Assembly (NCBI GenBank): GCA_046330415.1
Contig: JAXLSW010000009.1
Location: 3,162 to 67,161 of the forward strand
DNA from: Solirubrobacterales bacterium
GTDB lineage: Bacteria > Actinomycetota > Thermoleophilia > Solirubrobacterales > 70-9
Reading direction: 5' to 3'
Length of the DNA stretch: 64,000 bases
This document shows, piece by piece, positions 45,251 through 54,530 of this stretch (position 1 is its first letter; each line of letters opens with the position of its first letter). Under the pieces are notes generated by a model. It was not told where the DNA came from and searched no databases. It was given only the letters and a program-made list of their open reading frames with translations. Position numbers and translations under genes: made by a program.

Positions 45251-46975
45251 ATGATCACCCGGGACTCAGCGCTTGCCGCCCTCAGCGGAGAGCGCTTCGA
45301 CGTCGTCGTGATCGGCGGCGGGGTGACGGGCGCCGGCGTCGCGCTCGATGCCGCATCGCGCGGCTACTCGACCGCGATCGTCGAGCGCGACGACTGGGCC
45401 ATCGGGACCTCGAGCCGCTCCTCGAAGATGGTCCACGGAGGGCTTCGTTACCTGCAGAACTTCGATCTCGGGCTGGTGCGAGAGGCGCTGCTGGAGCGGC
45501 AGCTCATGGTCCACCTCGCACCGCACCTCGTCTACCCGACGCCCTACCTCGTCCCTCAGCTCGGTGACGATCGCCGCGACGTCAGGGTCGGGATCGGGCT
45601 CAACATGTACGACGTGATGGCGACCACGCGGGTCGGCCAGGGACGGCGCCAGCGCGGCGGCGGGCGCCGTGAGCGCGAGCGAGTCGCGGACCTCGCAGGG
45701 GGCGATGTCCCGCCCGAGTCCTGGGCGCCGGACCGCCACCGGACGATCCCCGGCGAGGAGGTCGTCGAGATGATCCCCGCGCTCGCATCGCGCGAGCCCA
45801 GGTCGGCCTACCTCTTCTACGACTGCCAGACCGACGACGTCCGCCTCGTCCTGACGATCCTCGGCGAGGCGGAGCGCTACGGAGCCGTGATGGCGAACCG
45901 ACTCGAGGTCACCTCGTTGCTCGAGCGCAACGGCAAGGCCGACGGGGTCGTCTGCCGGTGCGGCGAGAGCGGCGCGACGGTGGAGATCCAGGCCGACAAC
46001 GTGATCAACGCGACGGGGGTCTGGGCCGACCGGATCCGTCCCGACGAGATCCTCGACGAGACCGAGGTGCCGAGGATCGCGCCGAGCCGCGGCACCCACC
46101 TGACGCTGCCGCTGGAGAAGCTGCCGCTCGAGCACGCTGCGTGCATCGTCCCGGCGGGGAGCGGCCGCACGATCTTCGTTCTGCCCTGGTACGGACGGGT
46201 CCTGGTCGGTACCACCGACAACGACTACGACGGCGACATCGATCACGTCCGGCCCGGAGGCGACGACATCGACTACCTGCTCGACGCGGTCAACTCCTAC
46301 TTCGAGACCGAGTTGGGGCGCGGCGATCTGACCGGCGCCTACGCCGGGGTCAGGCCGCTGATCTCGACCGGCGATCCGAAGAAGTCGGTGGACATCTCGC
46401 GCAAGGCGGAGCTCTACGAGACCTCCTCGGGCCTGCTGACGATCACCGGCGGCAAGCTGACCACCTGGCGTCGCATGGCGAAGCTGGTCGTCGACCGGGT
46501 CGCGATGAGGGACGGCAGCGAGCAGCCCTGCCGGACCACCGAGGTGCCAGTGGGGATGGCGGCCCGCGAGGAGGATCTCGCGCCGCCCGACGGCGTCGAT
46601 GCCGGAGCCCTCCCGGAGGGCTATGCCGAGCAGCTCGCCTTCCGTTATGGACACGCGTCGCGCGCGGTCCTGGCCGTCGCCGCCGAGCGCCCGGAGCTGG
46701 CAGCCCCCATCGTCGAGGGTCGCCCGGATCTCCTCGCGGAGGTCGTCATCGCTGCGCGCCGCGAGCAGGCCCGCTCGCTTGCCGATGTCCTGCTGCGACG
46801 GACGCGCCTCGGGATCCTCGCAGCGCCGCAGCTGCGGACCGCCGAGTCGGTCGCGGCGGTCGCGGCAGCGCTCGGCGGTGAGCTCGGATGGAGCGAGGAC
46901 GACATCCGCGCCGCAGCCGAGGCGTGGCCCGGCCAGCTCGACGCCGAGGGCGCCGACCCCGCCGCGAGCGCCTGA
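45251..46975 (+). CDS. glpD: FAD-dependent glycerol-3-phosphate dehydrogenase
   Basis: DVVVIGGGVTGAGVALDAASRGYSTAIVERDDWAIGTSSRSSKMVHGGLRYL. About 575 aa. Confidence 0.9.
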   Translation: MITRDSALAALSGERFDVVVIGGGVTGAGVALDAASRGYSTAIVERDDWAIGTSSRSSKMVHGGLRYLQNFDLGLVREALLERQLMVHLAPHLVYPTPYLVPQLGDDRRDVRVGIGLNMYDVMATTRVGQGRRQRGGGRRERERVADLAGGDVPPESWAPDRHRTIPGEEVVEMIPALASREPRSAYLFYDCQTDDVRLVLTILGEAERYGAVMANRLEVTSLLERNGKADGVVCRCGESGATVEIQADNVINATGVWADRIRPDEILDETEVPRIAPSRGTHLTLPLEKLPLEHAACIVPAGSGRTIFVLPWYGRVLVGTTDNDYDGDIDHVRPGGDDIDYLLDAVNSYFETELGRGDLTGAYAGVRPLISTGDPKKSVDISRKAELYETSSGLLTITGGKLTTWRRMAKLVVDRVAMRDGSEQPCRTTEVPVGMAAREEDLAPPDGVDAGALPEGYAEQLAFRYGHASRAVLAVAAERPELAAPIVEGRPDLLAEVVIAARREQARSLADVLLRRTRLGILAAPQLRTAESVAAVAAALGGELGWSEDDIRAAAEAWPGQLDAEGADPAASA

Positions 46976-47032
46976 GCGCCGCGTCCCACCGCGCGGGCGC
47001 TTCGCCGGGGCGCCGATATCCTTCCCCGCCTC

Positions 47033-48442
47033 ATGCCAGCACAACTTGAAAACGCGCATCTCGCCGACCTGCACGCGCTCGCCGCGGAGCTCGGTGTGGA
47101 GCGCTTCCGCATGCTTCCCCGCGACGAGCTCGCCGCCGCCATCCTCGAACGCGATCCCGATGCGAGCGTCCCCGAGCGCGAGCCCGAGCCCGAACGCGAC
47201 GGGGACGATGTCGGCTCCGATGCCGAGGAGAGCGGACTCTCTGAGCGCTCGGGAGCCCGCCGCCGCGGACGCCGTGGTGGCCGTGGCCGCCGCGGTGGTG
47301 AGGGTTCGCGAGACGATCGCGACCGCGACCGCGATGGCGACGGGGACGGCGATGGCGAGGACTCCGCCGAGGCGGAGCAGGAGACCGGCGAGCCGGTCAC
47401 GGGCATCCTCGACATCACCCCGCGCGGTCATGGATTCATCCGGATCTCGGGCCTCGGATCCGACGAGGACGACGTCTACGTCTCCCCGTCGCAGATCAGG
47501 CGCTGCGAGATGCGCCGCGGCGACGAGGTCTCGGGCCCGGCCCGCAAGCCGCGGCGAGGCGAGCGCTACCCGGCCCTGATCCACGTCGACACGATCAACG
47601 GCGTCGAGCCCGGCGCCGACGCGAAGCGGCTGACCGACGCGACGCCGGTGCATCCCAGCCGCCGGATCCCGCTGGTGCCCGCCGCGGGCGCGAGCGAGGA
47701 CGAGGCCGTCTTGATTCGCTCGATCGACCTGCTCAACCCGCTCGCCCGCGGTCAGCGGGTGCTGATCGAGGCGGGGGCGGGAACCGGTCGCACGACGCTG
47801 CTGCGCGCGCTTGCCGCGTCACTCGGCGGCGTCGAGGAGCTCGAGCTCGTCGTGCTGCTGATCGACGAGCGCCCCGAGGAGGTTGCGGATTGGACCGAGC
47901 GCGTCGGTGAGGACGCGGTTGCGATCGCCACCGCCGACATGCGCTCCGGCGAGCAGCTTCGCCTCGTCGAGCTCGCCTTCGGCCGCGCCTCGCGCCAAGC
48001 CGAGCGCGGGGCGGACGTCGTCCTCCTCGTCGACTCGCTTTCGCGCATCGCCGTCGCCGCCGACGACCCCGATCGCGTCAAGCCGATCTTCGGCGCCGGT
48101 CGCGAGACGGAGGAGGAGGGCGTGGGCTCGCTCACGGTCATCGCCACGACGCTCGACGACGACTCCGACGAGGGCGACGTGCTGCGTGCGCTCGACACGA
48201 CGGAGAGCTCCCGGATCGTCCTCGATCGTGAGCTCGCCGTCGCCGGCGTCTACCCGGCGATCGACGCCGGCGCCGCGCGCGTCGCCGGCGAGGAGCACGT
48301 CCGCGACGAGGCTGAGCTGACCGCGGCGCGGGCGCTGCGCGCTGAGCTGGCGGGGCTGACCGCGGCGGAAGCCGCGGCGCGCTTGCGCGAGCGGATCGCC
48401 GACACGCCCGACAACGCGGCGCTGCTTGCCTCGCTGAGCTGA
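47033..48442 (+). CDS. rho: Transcription termination factor Rho homolog with an atypical ATPase core
   Basis: Rho_N (LADLHALAAELGVERFRMLPRDELAAAILE). R/D/G-rich insertion. CSD-like VTGILDITPRGHGFIRISG. LLIDERPEEV and VVLLVDSLSRI. The P-loop reads GAGTGRTT (Arg where the canonical Lys sits). Confidence 0.8.
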   Translation: MPAQLENAHLADLHALAAELGVERFRMLPRDELAAAILERDPDASVPEREPEPERDGDDVGSDAEESGLSERSGARRRGRRGGRGRRGGEGSRDDRDRDRDGDGDGDGEDSAEAEQETGEPVTGILDITPRGHGFIRISGLGSDEDDVYVSPSQIRRCEMRRGDEVSGPARKPRRGERYPALIHVDTINGVEPGADAKRLTDATPVHPSRRIPLVPAAGASEDEAVLIRSIDLLNPLARGQRVLIEAGAGTGRTTLLRALAASLGGVEELELVVLLIDERPEEVADWTERVGEDAVAIATADMRSGEQLRLVELAFGRASRQAERGADVVLLVDSLSRIAVAADDPDRVKPIFGAGRETEEEGVGSLTVIATTLDDDSDEGDVLRALDTTESSRIVLDRELAVAGVYPAIDAGAARVAGEEHVRDEAELTAARALRAELAGLTAAEAAARLRERIADTPDNAALLASLS

Positions 48443-48457
48443 GCTGAGGCCCGGGTC

Positions 48458-48793
48458 ATGGCGCTCGTCGTCGGGTTCGTCGGGTTCATCTTCCTCGACC
48501 CGCCGCTCAACGTCGTCGCACTTGCCGCGGGCGCCCTACTGGAGGTCGGCGAGGCCGTCCTCTGGGTCCGCTACCTGAAGCGTTTCCGGGTGACGACAGG
48601 CGCGGAAGGTCTCGTCGGCCAGCGCGCCGACGTGGTCGAGGCGTGTGAGCCGCGCGGTCGCGTCAGGATCATGGGGGAGTTCTGGCATGCCGTCTGCCCG
48701 GAGGGGGCGACGGAGGGGGAAGCCGTCGAGGTCGTGGCGGTCGACAACCTCACGTTGACGGTGAAGCCGCTTCCAGACGCGCCACCGCGGTAG
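48458..48793 (+). CDS. NfeD-like (OB-fold C-terminal domain) membrane protein
   Basis: N-terminal hydrophobic helices, then GLVGQRADVVEACEPRGRVRIMGEFWHAVCPEG...GEAVEVVAVDNLTLTV. Confidence 0.7.
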   Translation: MALVVGFVGFIFLDPPLNVVALAAGALLEVGEAVLWVRYLKRFRVTTGAEGLVGQRADVVEACEPRGRVRIMGEFWHAVCPEGATEGEAVEVVAVDNLTLTVKPLPDAPPR

Positions 48794-48807
48794 GTGGCGC
48801 AGGCCCT

Positions 48808-49272
48808 CTACGGGCGGTAGGCGAGCCCGCCCCAGGACGGTTCGCGGGAGAGCTCGATCGGCTCGCAGTCGCGATCCGGCTGGACGTAGCCGAAGGTGTT
48901 GGTGCGGTCGTCGAAGACGATGTCGAGCTCGCCCTCCTTGACTCGCTGGTCGAGCCAGGCGCCGCGGAAGACGAGGCGGCGGATCCAGTGGACGAGGCTG
49001 CGCTGGGAGCCGTCCACGAGCTCACCCCAGTTCTCGTTGACGTGCTCTCCGAGCTCGGAGGCGGGCTCGCGGATCTCGCCGTTGACGGCGAGCTCGACGA
49101 GGTCCTGGAGCTCTTCGGGGTCGAGGCCGGGGTGGGTGAAGTCGAGCTTCACCGCGGCCTGCTCGACCCGCTGGCTGAAGTCGTTCTCGTTGAATGCGAA
49201 GCGCAACTCGCCGTACTCGAGAACGTAGTCGGAGCCCGACTCGTAGTTGCCTCTGCGTGTTGCTCTTTCCAT
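48808..49272 (-). CDS. Acidic hypothetical protein (no family recognised)
   Basis: 154-aa ORF with a coding-like codon pattern. Divergent from the Tad operon. Confidence 0.5.
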   Translation of the reverse strand: MERATRRGNYESGSDYVLEYGELRFAFNENDFSQRVEQAAVKLDFTHPGLDPEELQDLVELAVNGEIREPASELGEHVNENWGELVDGSQRSLVHWIRRLVFRGAWLDQRVKEGELDIVFDDRTNTFGYVQPDRDCEPIELSREPSWGGLAYRP

Positions 49273-49469
49273 AGGACGAAACTCCCGCCGCTGCCCTTGA
49301 GTGCCTGTGGGGTGGGCGGGAGGAGCATGTTGTCCGAAGGCCCGTCGCGGGGGCCGCGCAGAACCCTTCCGTGAACGCAGGCTTGCACCCAGTCGGCCCG
49401 GGGAGGAAAGCGCGGCGCGGCGTCGACGGCTAGGTGGGGCGCGGCGGGGTGGACCGGGGTGGAAGGGGC

Positions 49470-49808
49470 ATGAACATATCGCTGACCCCGCGCCGGCTCA
49501 GGTCACTGCCGATGGTCTGGGCGCTCGGTATCAACGTGCCCGCCGCCACCCGCTTCGGGTCGCGGCTACTCGGCCTGGCGCTGCTCCCCCGGGAGCGGGC
49601 CGGGCCCGGCCTGCTGATCCCGCGCTGCCGCAGCGTCCACACGTTCGGAATGCGCTTCGCCCTCGACGTGGTCTTCCTCGACGACGGCGGCGAGGAGATC
49701 CGGCGCGCCCGGATCGGGCCGTGCCGGTTCGCCCGCGAGCGCCGTGCCCGAGCGGTGCTCGAGCTTCCGGCCCGCCCGGGGGGCGCTGCGAGCGGCGGCG
49801 GGGTGTGA
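49470..49808 (+). CDS. DUF192 (COG1430) domain protein
   Basis: GGAAGGGG RBS. ...GLALLPRERAGPGLLIPRCRSVHTFGMRFALDVVFLDDGGEEI matches the DUF192 core. Confidence 0.7.
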   Translation: MNISLTPRRLRSLPMVWALGINVPAATRFGSRLLGLALLPRERAGPGLLIPRCRSVHTFGMRFALDVVFLDDGGEEIRRARIGPCRFARERRARAVLELPARPGGAASGGGV

Positions 49809-49813
49809 GGGAC

Positions 49814-50533
49814 ATGCTGCCCACCGTCCCCAGGATCGCCGTCGTCGTCGTCTGCGAGGACGACGACGTCACCCGCGAGCAGCTCTGCCGCAACCTCGGC
49901 GAGGATCGCTTCACGGCGCTGCCGGCGGCCGACGCGGCCGAGGCGCTTCGCCTCTGCCGATACGACGCGCCGGACGCGATGCTGCTCGACCTCACGCTTC
50001 CGGACGCGTCCGGGCTCGACGTCCTGCGGGAGATCCGAGGGGCCGATGGCCCGGCGCCGCTGTTCGATGCCGCGTTGCCGATCATGGTGGTCTCAGGTCG
50101 CGGGGCGGACGGGGAGCGCGTGAGAGGACTCACGGAGGGCGCCGACGACTACCTGGTGAAGCCCTTCTTCTACCCGGAGCTCCTCGCGCGGCTGCGCCGG
50201 CTCCTCGCCGGCCGCGAGGGGACGCGTCAGGGTCCGACCCGGATCGGGGAGCTCCGACTCGACCTGGCGACGAGGACGGTTGAGGTGGCCGGGCGCCCGG
50301 TCGAGCTGGCCAACAAGGAGTTCGAGCTGCTGCGCGTTCTCGCGCGAGAGCCGCAACGCGTCTTCACCAAGGATGAGCTCCTGCAGGAGGTCTGGGGGTA
50401 CCGCTCGAGCAGCCGCACGCGCACCCTCGACTCGCACGCCAGCCGCCTGCGCCGCAAGCTCGATCCGGGTGGCCGGTTCGTTGTGAATTGCTGGGGCGTC
50501 GGGTACAGGCTCGTGGAGGGCGGGTCGGCGTGA
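49814..50533 (+). CDS. OmpR-family response regulator
   Basis: Receiver residues: VVCEDDD, MLLDLTLPD, MVVSG, DDYLVKPF. Winged helix: ELANKEFELLRVLAREPQRVFTKDELLQEVWG...VGYRL. Confidence 0.9.
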   Translation: MLPTVPRIAVVVVCEDDDVTREQLCRNLGEDRFTALPAADAAEALRLCRYDAPDAMLLDLTLPDASGLDVLREIRGADGPAPLFDAALPIMVVSGRGADGERVRGLTEGADDYLVKPFFYPELLARLRRLLAGREGTRQGPTRIGELRLDLATRTVEVAGRPVELANKEFELLRVLAREPQRVFTKDELLQEVWGYRSSSRTRTLDSHASRLRRKLDPGGRFVVNCWGVGYRLVEGGSA

Positions 50534-51225
50534 TCGCCGGAGCGCTCATCCTGCTCGGGCTGGCCGTGGTCGCGATGGAGATCGCGCGAGTGCTCCTCGG
50601 ATTCAGGCGGGCGGTCCGGCTCAACCGCGCACTGCACGAGCTGCGCAGGCCGCTGCAGGCCATCTCGCTGTCGATCGACGGCGAGCATCCCGATCTCGTC
50701 TGCGCCGGGGCCTGTCTAGAGCAGGTGCGCGGAGCCCTCGAGGAGCTCGACGCCGCCGTCAATCGCCGGGTTCTCAGCCGGCCGCTCATTCGCACCGCGG
50801 CTGCGGGGGTGGCAGCGGCGCTCGAGGATCGCTGGCGCTTCGCCGGGGTAGACGTCTCGGCGCCGGTGGGCGCGGCCGAGGTCGTGGCCGACCCGGTGGC
50901 GCTCGGGGCGGCTCTCGACAACCTGGTCGCCAACGCGATCGAGCATGGGGGCGGGGAGGTGCGCGTCCGCGCCCTCTCCTCGGCCGGCGCGGTCCGCTTC
51001 GAGGTGCGCGACGACGGCACCGACTCCTCGGATGCGATCGGGGGCTTGCTCGATTCCTCGCGCCGCCGGTCCGCCGACCCGCGCCACGGACATGGCCTGG
51101 CCCTCGCGGCGGCGACCGCCGCCGGTATCGGCGGCACGCTGATTCCGCCGCTGCCGGTCTCCTCGGGCGGCACCGTCACCGCTCTCTCCCTTCCCGCACC
51201 GCCCGCAGGCGCAGGCCCGGCGTGA
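50530..51225 (+). CDS. Minimal membrane-anchored sensor histidine kinase
   Basis: GTGA overlap with the response regulator. One TM (VIAGALILLGLAVVAM). H-box LHELRRPLQ, N-box LDNLVANAIEHG, GHGLAL. No extracytoplasmic sensor domain. Confidence 0.75.
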   Translation: MIAGALILLGLAVVAMEIARVLLGFRRAVRLNRALHELRRPLQAISLSIDGEHPDLVCAGACLEQVRGALEELDAAVNRRVLSRPLIRTAAAGVAAALEDRWRFAGVDVSAPVGAAEVVADPVALGAALDNLVANAIEHGGGEVRVRALSSAGAVRFEVRDDGTDSSDAIGGLLDSSRRRSADPRHGHGLALAAATAAGIGGTLIPPLPVSSGGTVTALSLPAPPAGAGPA

Positions 51226-51887
51226 CGCGCCGCTCGAAGGCGGTCGGGTTCACCGTCCTGGCGGTCCTCTGCGCGGTCGCTTCGGCGAGCATCGCGTCGG
51301 GCTATCGGGAGAGCGTCGACGCGCAGCTCGGCGAGTTGCGGACGGTCGTCGTCGTCTCGGAGCCGCTCTCGCCGGGCGAGGCGCTGAGCCGCCGCGATCT
51401 CGAGCGCTCACTGGAGTTGCGTGAGGTGCCCGTGCGCTTCGCCCCGCCCGACGCTCTCGTCGATCCCGGTGAGGCGCTCGGGAGAAAGCCGTTCGCCCCC
51501 GTCCCCGCGGGCTCCTACCTGCTCGCCTCCCAGCTCCGCACACCCGGGGCGGGGAGGGAGCCCGATTCACCCAGCCTCGGCTCGGACCTCAGCCCGGTCG
51601 AGATCACGGTCACCGGCGCGGGAGCGCTCGCGAGCGCCGCCGGGTCCCCGGGCATGCGCGTCGACGTCGTCGTCGCGGGCGAGCCGGTGACCGGCGGCCG
51701 CGCCCGGGTTCGCGTCGCCGCCTCGGGCGTGCGGCTGATCGCCCTCGAGCCCGCCTCTCCCGAGGAGGCGACGAGCACCGGCGGGGACAGCTGGAACGCG
51801 ACCCTGGCCCTGTCGCGCCCGCAGGCGCTGAAGCTGATCGAGGCCGAGAACTTCGCGCGCGAGGTTCGCCTCATCCCGGCCGGCTGA
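51222..51887 (+). CDS. cpaB: Flp/Tad pilus assembly protein CpaB (SAF plus RcpC domains)
   Basis: N-terminal TM, then ...VVVVSEPLSPGEALSRRDLE...VPAGSYLLASQL.... GTGA overlap with the kinase gene. Confidence 0.8.
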   Translation: MTRRSKAVGFTVLAVLCAVASASIASGYRESVDAQLGELRTVVVVSEPLSPGEALSRRDLERSLELREVPVRFAPPDALVDPGEALGRKPFAPVPAGSYLLASQLRTPGAGREPDSPSLGSDLSPVEITVTGAGALASAAGSPGMRVDVVVAGEPVTGGRARVRVAASGVRLIALEPASPEEATSTGGDSWNATLALSRPQALKLIEAENFAREVRLIPAG

Positions 51888-51931
51888 TGGAGGTCGCGAC
51901 GATGACGACGCGAGGTTCACGGCGGGAGCGC

Positions 51932-52441
51932 TCAGAGCCCTGCGTCCGCAACCGCGTTCTCGAACGCATCCACCGCGCCGGAGCCGCGCACCGCGAAGAC
52001 GATCCGCTCGAGGCCCGAGTCCTCGCCGAGATGCCGCACGACCTCCTCGACCTCGATCCGCGCCGCCTCATCGAGCGGGAAGCCGCCGACGCCGGTCCCG
52101 AACGCGACCAGGGCCAGCGACCGGGCTCCGAGCTCGTCGGCCCGCCGCAGCGTCGCCGCCGTCGCCCGCCTGATCACATCCGCGGACGTCGGCCCACCGA
52201 GGACCATCGTCGCCGCGTGGATCACCCAGCGCGACGGCATCTCGCCGGCGCTCGTCTCGGCCGCCTCTCCCAGCCCGATCGGCGCCCGCTCGCGGCTCTC
52301 GCGATCGAGCACTTCGCCGCCGGCCCGCGAGATCGCCGCGGCGACGCCGCCGCCATGGAGCAGCTCGGTGTTGGCCGCGTTCGCGATCGCATCCACGGCG
52401 AGGGCGGTGATGTCGGTCTCGAGCACCTCGACGCGCGTCAC
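51932..52441 (-). CDS. Macro-domain protein (ADP-ribose / O-acetyl-ADP-ribose hydrolase-like)
   Basis: AVDAIANAANTELLHGGGVAAAI...WVIHAATM...SLALVAFGTGVGGFP are macro-domain signature motifs. Confidence 0.85.
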   Translation of the reverse strand: MTRVEVLETDITALAVDAIANAANTELLHGGGVAAAISRAGGEVLDRESRERAPIGLGEAAETSAGEMPSRWVIHAATMVLGGPTSADVIRRATAATLRRADELGARSLALVAFGTGVGGFPLDEAARIEVEEVVRHLGEDSGLERIVFAVRGSGAVDAFENAVADAGL

Positions 52442-52533
52442 GACACGAGCTTACGGCGGAGCGCCCCCGCCGCGGCGGGGGTCGTCCAGCGGGGTCGCGG
52501 GGGCGCTGCTTCGAGCGTCGGGATGCCAGGGGC

Positions 52534-53679
52534 ATGAGCCCCGTCGACCACGTCGAGGCCCTCTCGGCCGAGCTGCGCGCCCGGCTGGTCGAGCGTCGCC
52601 GCGCGGCGGCGGTCGCCCGCGAAGGTGACCCGGTGGAGCTCCCGGTCGCCGTCCGCGAGGTGGTGGACCGGCACGCGGCGCTCCTCTCGCCGGAGCGCCG
52701 CGAGGCTCTCGCCGACCGTGTGCTGCGTGACACGGTCGGGCTCGGTCCTCTCGAGGAGCTGCTTCGGCAACCGGACGTCGAGGAGGTGATGGTCAACGGC
52801 CACGAGGAGGTCTGGGTCGAACGCCGGGGCCGGCTCGAGCGTGTGGACGTCGCGTTCACCGACGAGGCGCAGCTCCGCGACGTGATCGAGCGGGTCCTCG
52901 GCCCGATCGGCCGCCGCGTGGACGAGCTCAGCCCGATGGCCGACGGCCGCCTCGCCGACGGATCGCGGGTCAACGTGATCATCCCGCCGCTCTCGGTCGG
53001 CGGCCCGGCAGTCTCGATCCGCCGCTTCGCTGGCATCCGCCCGAGCCCCGAGGAGCTGCTGCGCAGAGGGTCGCTGGACGGCGATCTGCTTGAGCTGCTG
53101 CGGGAGGCGATCGCCGGTCACCGCAATCTGCTGGTCAGTGGCGGGACCGGGTCGGGCAAGACGACGGTGCTCAACGCGCTCTCGTCCTTCATCGAACCCG
53201 GCGAGCGGATCATCACCATCGAGGACGCGGCCGAGCTCAGCCTCCAGCAACCCCATGTCGTCCGCCTCGAGAGCCGGCCCCCGGGGATCGAGGGCTCCGG
53301 CGAGGTCTCGATCCGAGACCTCGTCCGCAACGCGTTGCGGATGCGCCCCGACCGGATCATCATCGGCGAGGTCCGCGGCGCTGAGGCGATGGACCTTCTG
53401 GTGGCGCTCAACACCGGCCACCGGGGTGCGCTCTCGACGGTGCACGCCAATGGGCCGGCCGATGCTCTGCGCAGGATCGAGACGCTGGCGATGATGGCCG
53501 GCCTCGGCGTTCCCCACGACGTCGTCCGGGCGCAGCTCGCGGGCGCGATCGATCTGGTTCTGCATCTCGAACGAGGCCCCGGCGGAGCCCGGTTCGCGAC
53601 GGCGCTGGCCGAGGTCCTGGTCGTCGCCGGCGCGCCGGCGGTGCGCGAGGTCTGGGTTCGCGGCGGAGGGTCGGGGTGA
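52534..53679 (+). CDS. cpaF: Tad/Flp pilus ATPase CpaF/TadA
   Basis: Walker A GGTGSGKTT, ITIEDAAEL, RMRPDRIIIGEVRG, GHRGALSTVHAN. Confidence 0.9.
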   Translation: MSPVDHVEALSAELRARLVERRRAAAVAREGDPVELPVAVREVVDRHAALLSPERREALADRVLRDTVGLGPLEELLRQPDVEEVMVNGHEEVWVERRGRLERVDVAFTDEAQLRDVIERVLGPIGRRVDELSPMADGRLADGSRVNVIIPPLSVGGPAVSIRRFAGIRPSPEELLRRGSLDGDLLELLREAIAGHRNLLVSGGTGSGKTTVLNALSSFIEPGERIITIEDAAELSLQQPHVVRLESRPPGIEGSGEVSIRDLVRNALRMRPDRIIIGEVRGAEAMDLLVALNTGHRGALSTVHANGPADALRRIETLAMMAGLGVPHDVVRAQLAGAIDLVLHLERGPGGARFATALAEVLVVAGAPAVREVWVRGGGSG

Positions 53680-54530
53680 GCGCCGCCCCCGCTCTTCCGA
53701 TTCTGCTGGCCGCGGTCGGCGGCGCCGCTGTGGCGGTCGCCCTGCGCGAGGGGCTCGCGACGATGCCGGCGCTGGTGCGTCAGCTCGAGGCCGCGGCCCG
53801 GACCCTGTCGCTTGCGGGTCGCGAGAACCGTTCGCCGACCGAGCCCGAGCGGCGCCGGCTCGGAGCACTGGCGGGCGCCGCGCTGGGGATCGTCGCCATC
53901 CTCGTCGCCGGGATCGGACCGCTTGCCGGAGTCGCCGTCGCCGGACCGGCGGTGGCCGGGTGGGCGGTGGCGAGCCGTCAGCGCCGCTACCGGCTGCGGG
54001 TGGAGCGAGACGTCCCCGCGATCGCGAGCGGGATCGCGGACGCGGTTGCCGGCGGTGGCTCGCTGCGCATGGCGCTGCTGGGAGCGGGGGCGGCGATGGA
54101 GGGGCCGACCGCCGTCGAGCTCGCCCGCGTCGGAGCCGACCTCGAGCTCGGGATGCCGGCTCGGGAGGCGCTCGCCGGGCTGACCCGGCGGGTGCCCTCG
54201 GTGCGGATCGAGGCGCTGGTGGTCGCCGTGCTCTCACAGGAGCGCGCCGGGGGCGACCTCGCCGCGCTCCTGCGCCGCCACGCCGCCGCTGCCTCTCAGC
54301 AGCAGCGCGCCGAGCGCGAAGCCCGCTCGGCCACCGCGCAGGCGCGCCTCACCGGCGGCATGGTCGTGGCGATGCCGCTCCTGATGGGGGCGATCATCGA
54401 GCTCGTCTCGCCCGGTTTCACCGGCTCGATGCTCGCCGACCCCGCCGCGGTCCTCCTGCTGGCGCTCGCCGCCGCCTTGCAGGTGGTCGGCTTCCTGGCG
54501 ATCCGCCGGCTCGGAGGCGTGCGTCAGTGA
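53676..54530 (+). CDS. tadB: Tad pilus inner-membrane platform protein TadB (T2SS F family)
   Basis: Membrane protein with the GspF-like core LELGMPAREAL.... 4-nt overlap with cpaF. Confidence 0.8.
   Translation: MSAAPALPILLAAVGGAAVAVALREGLATMPALVRQLEAAARTLSLAGRENRSPTEPERRRLGALAGAALGIVAILVAGIGPLAGVAVAGPAVAGWAVASRQRRYRLRVERDVPAIASGIADAVAGGGSLRMALLGAGAAMEGPTAVELARVGADLELGMPAREALAGLTRRVPSVRIEALVVAVLSQERAGGDLAALLRRHAAAASQQQRAEREARSATAQARLTGGMVVAMPLLMGAIIELVSPGFTGSMLADPAAVLLLALAAALQVVGFLAIRRLGGVRQ

Noticed and set aside
51887-52537. The 216-aa plus-strand ORF bridging cpaB and cpaF, which would make the Tad operon continuous
   Set aside because: Its translation is R/D/P/G-rich without motifs. 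It is the exact antisense of a macro-domain ORF with intact signature motifs.
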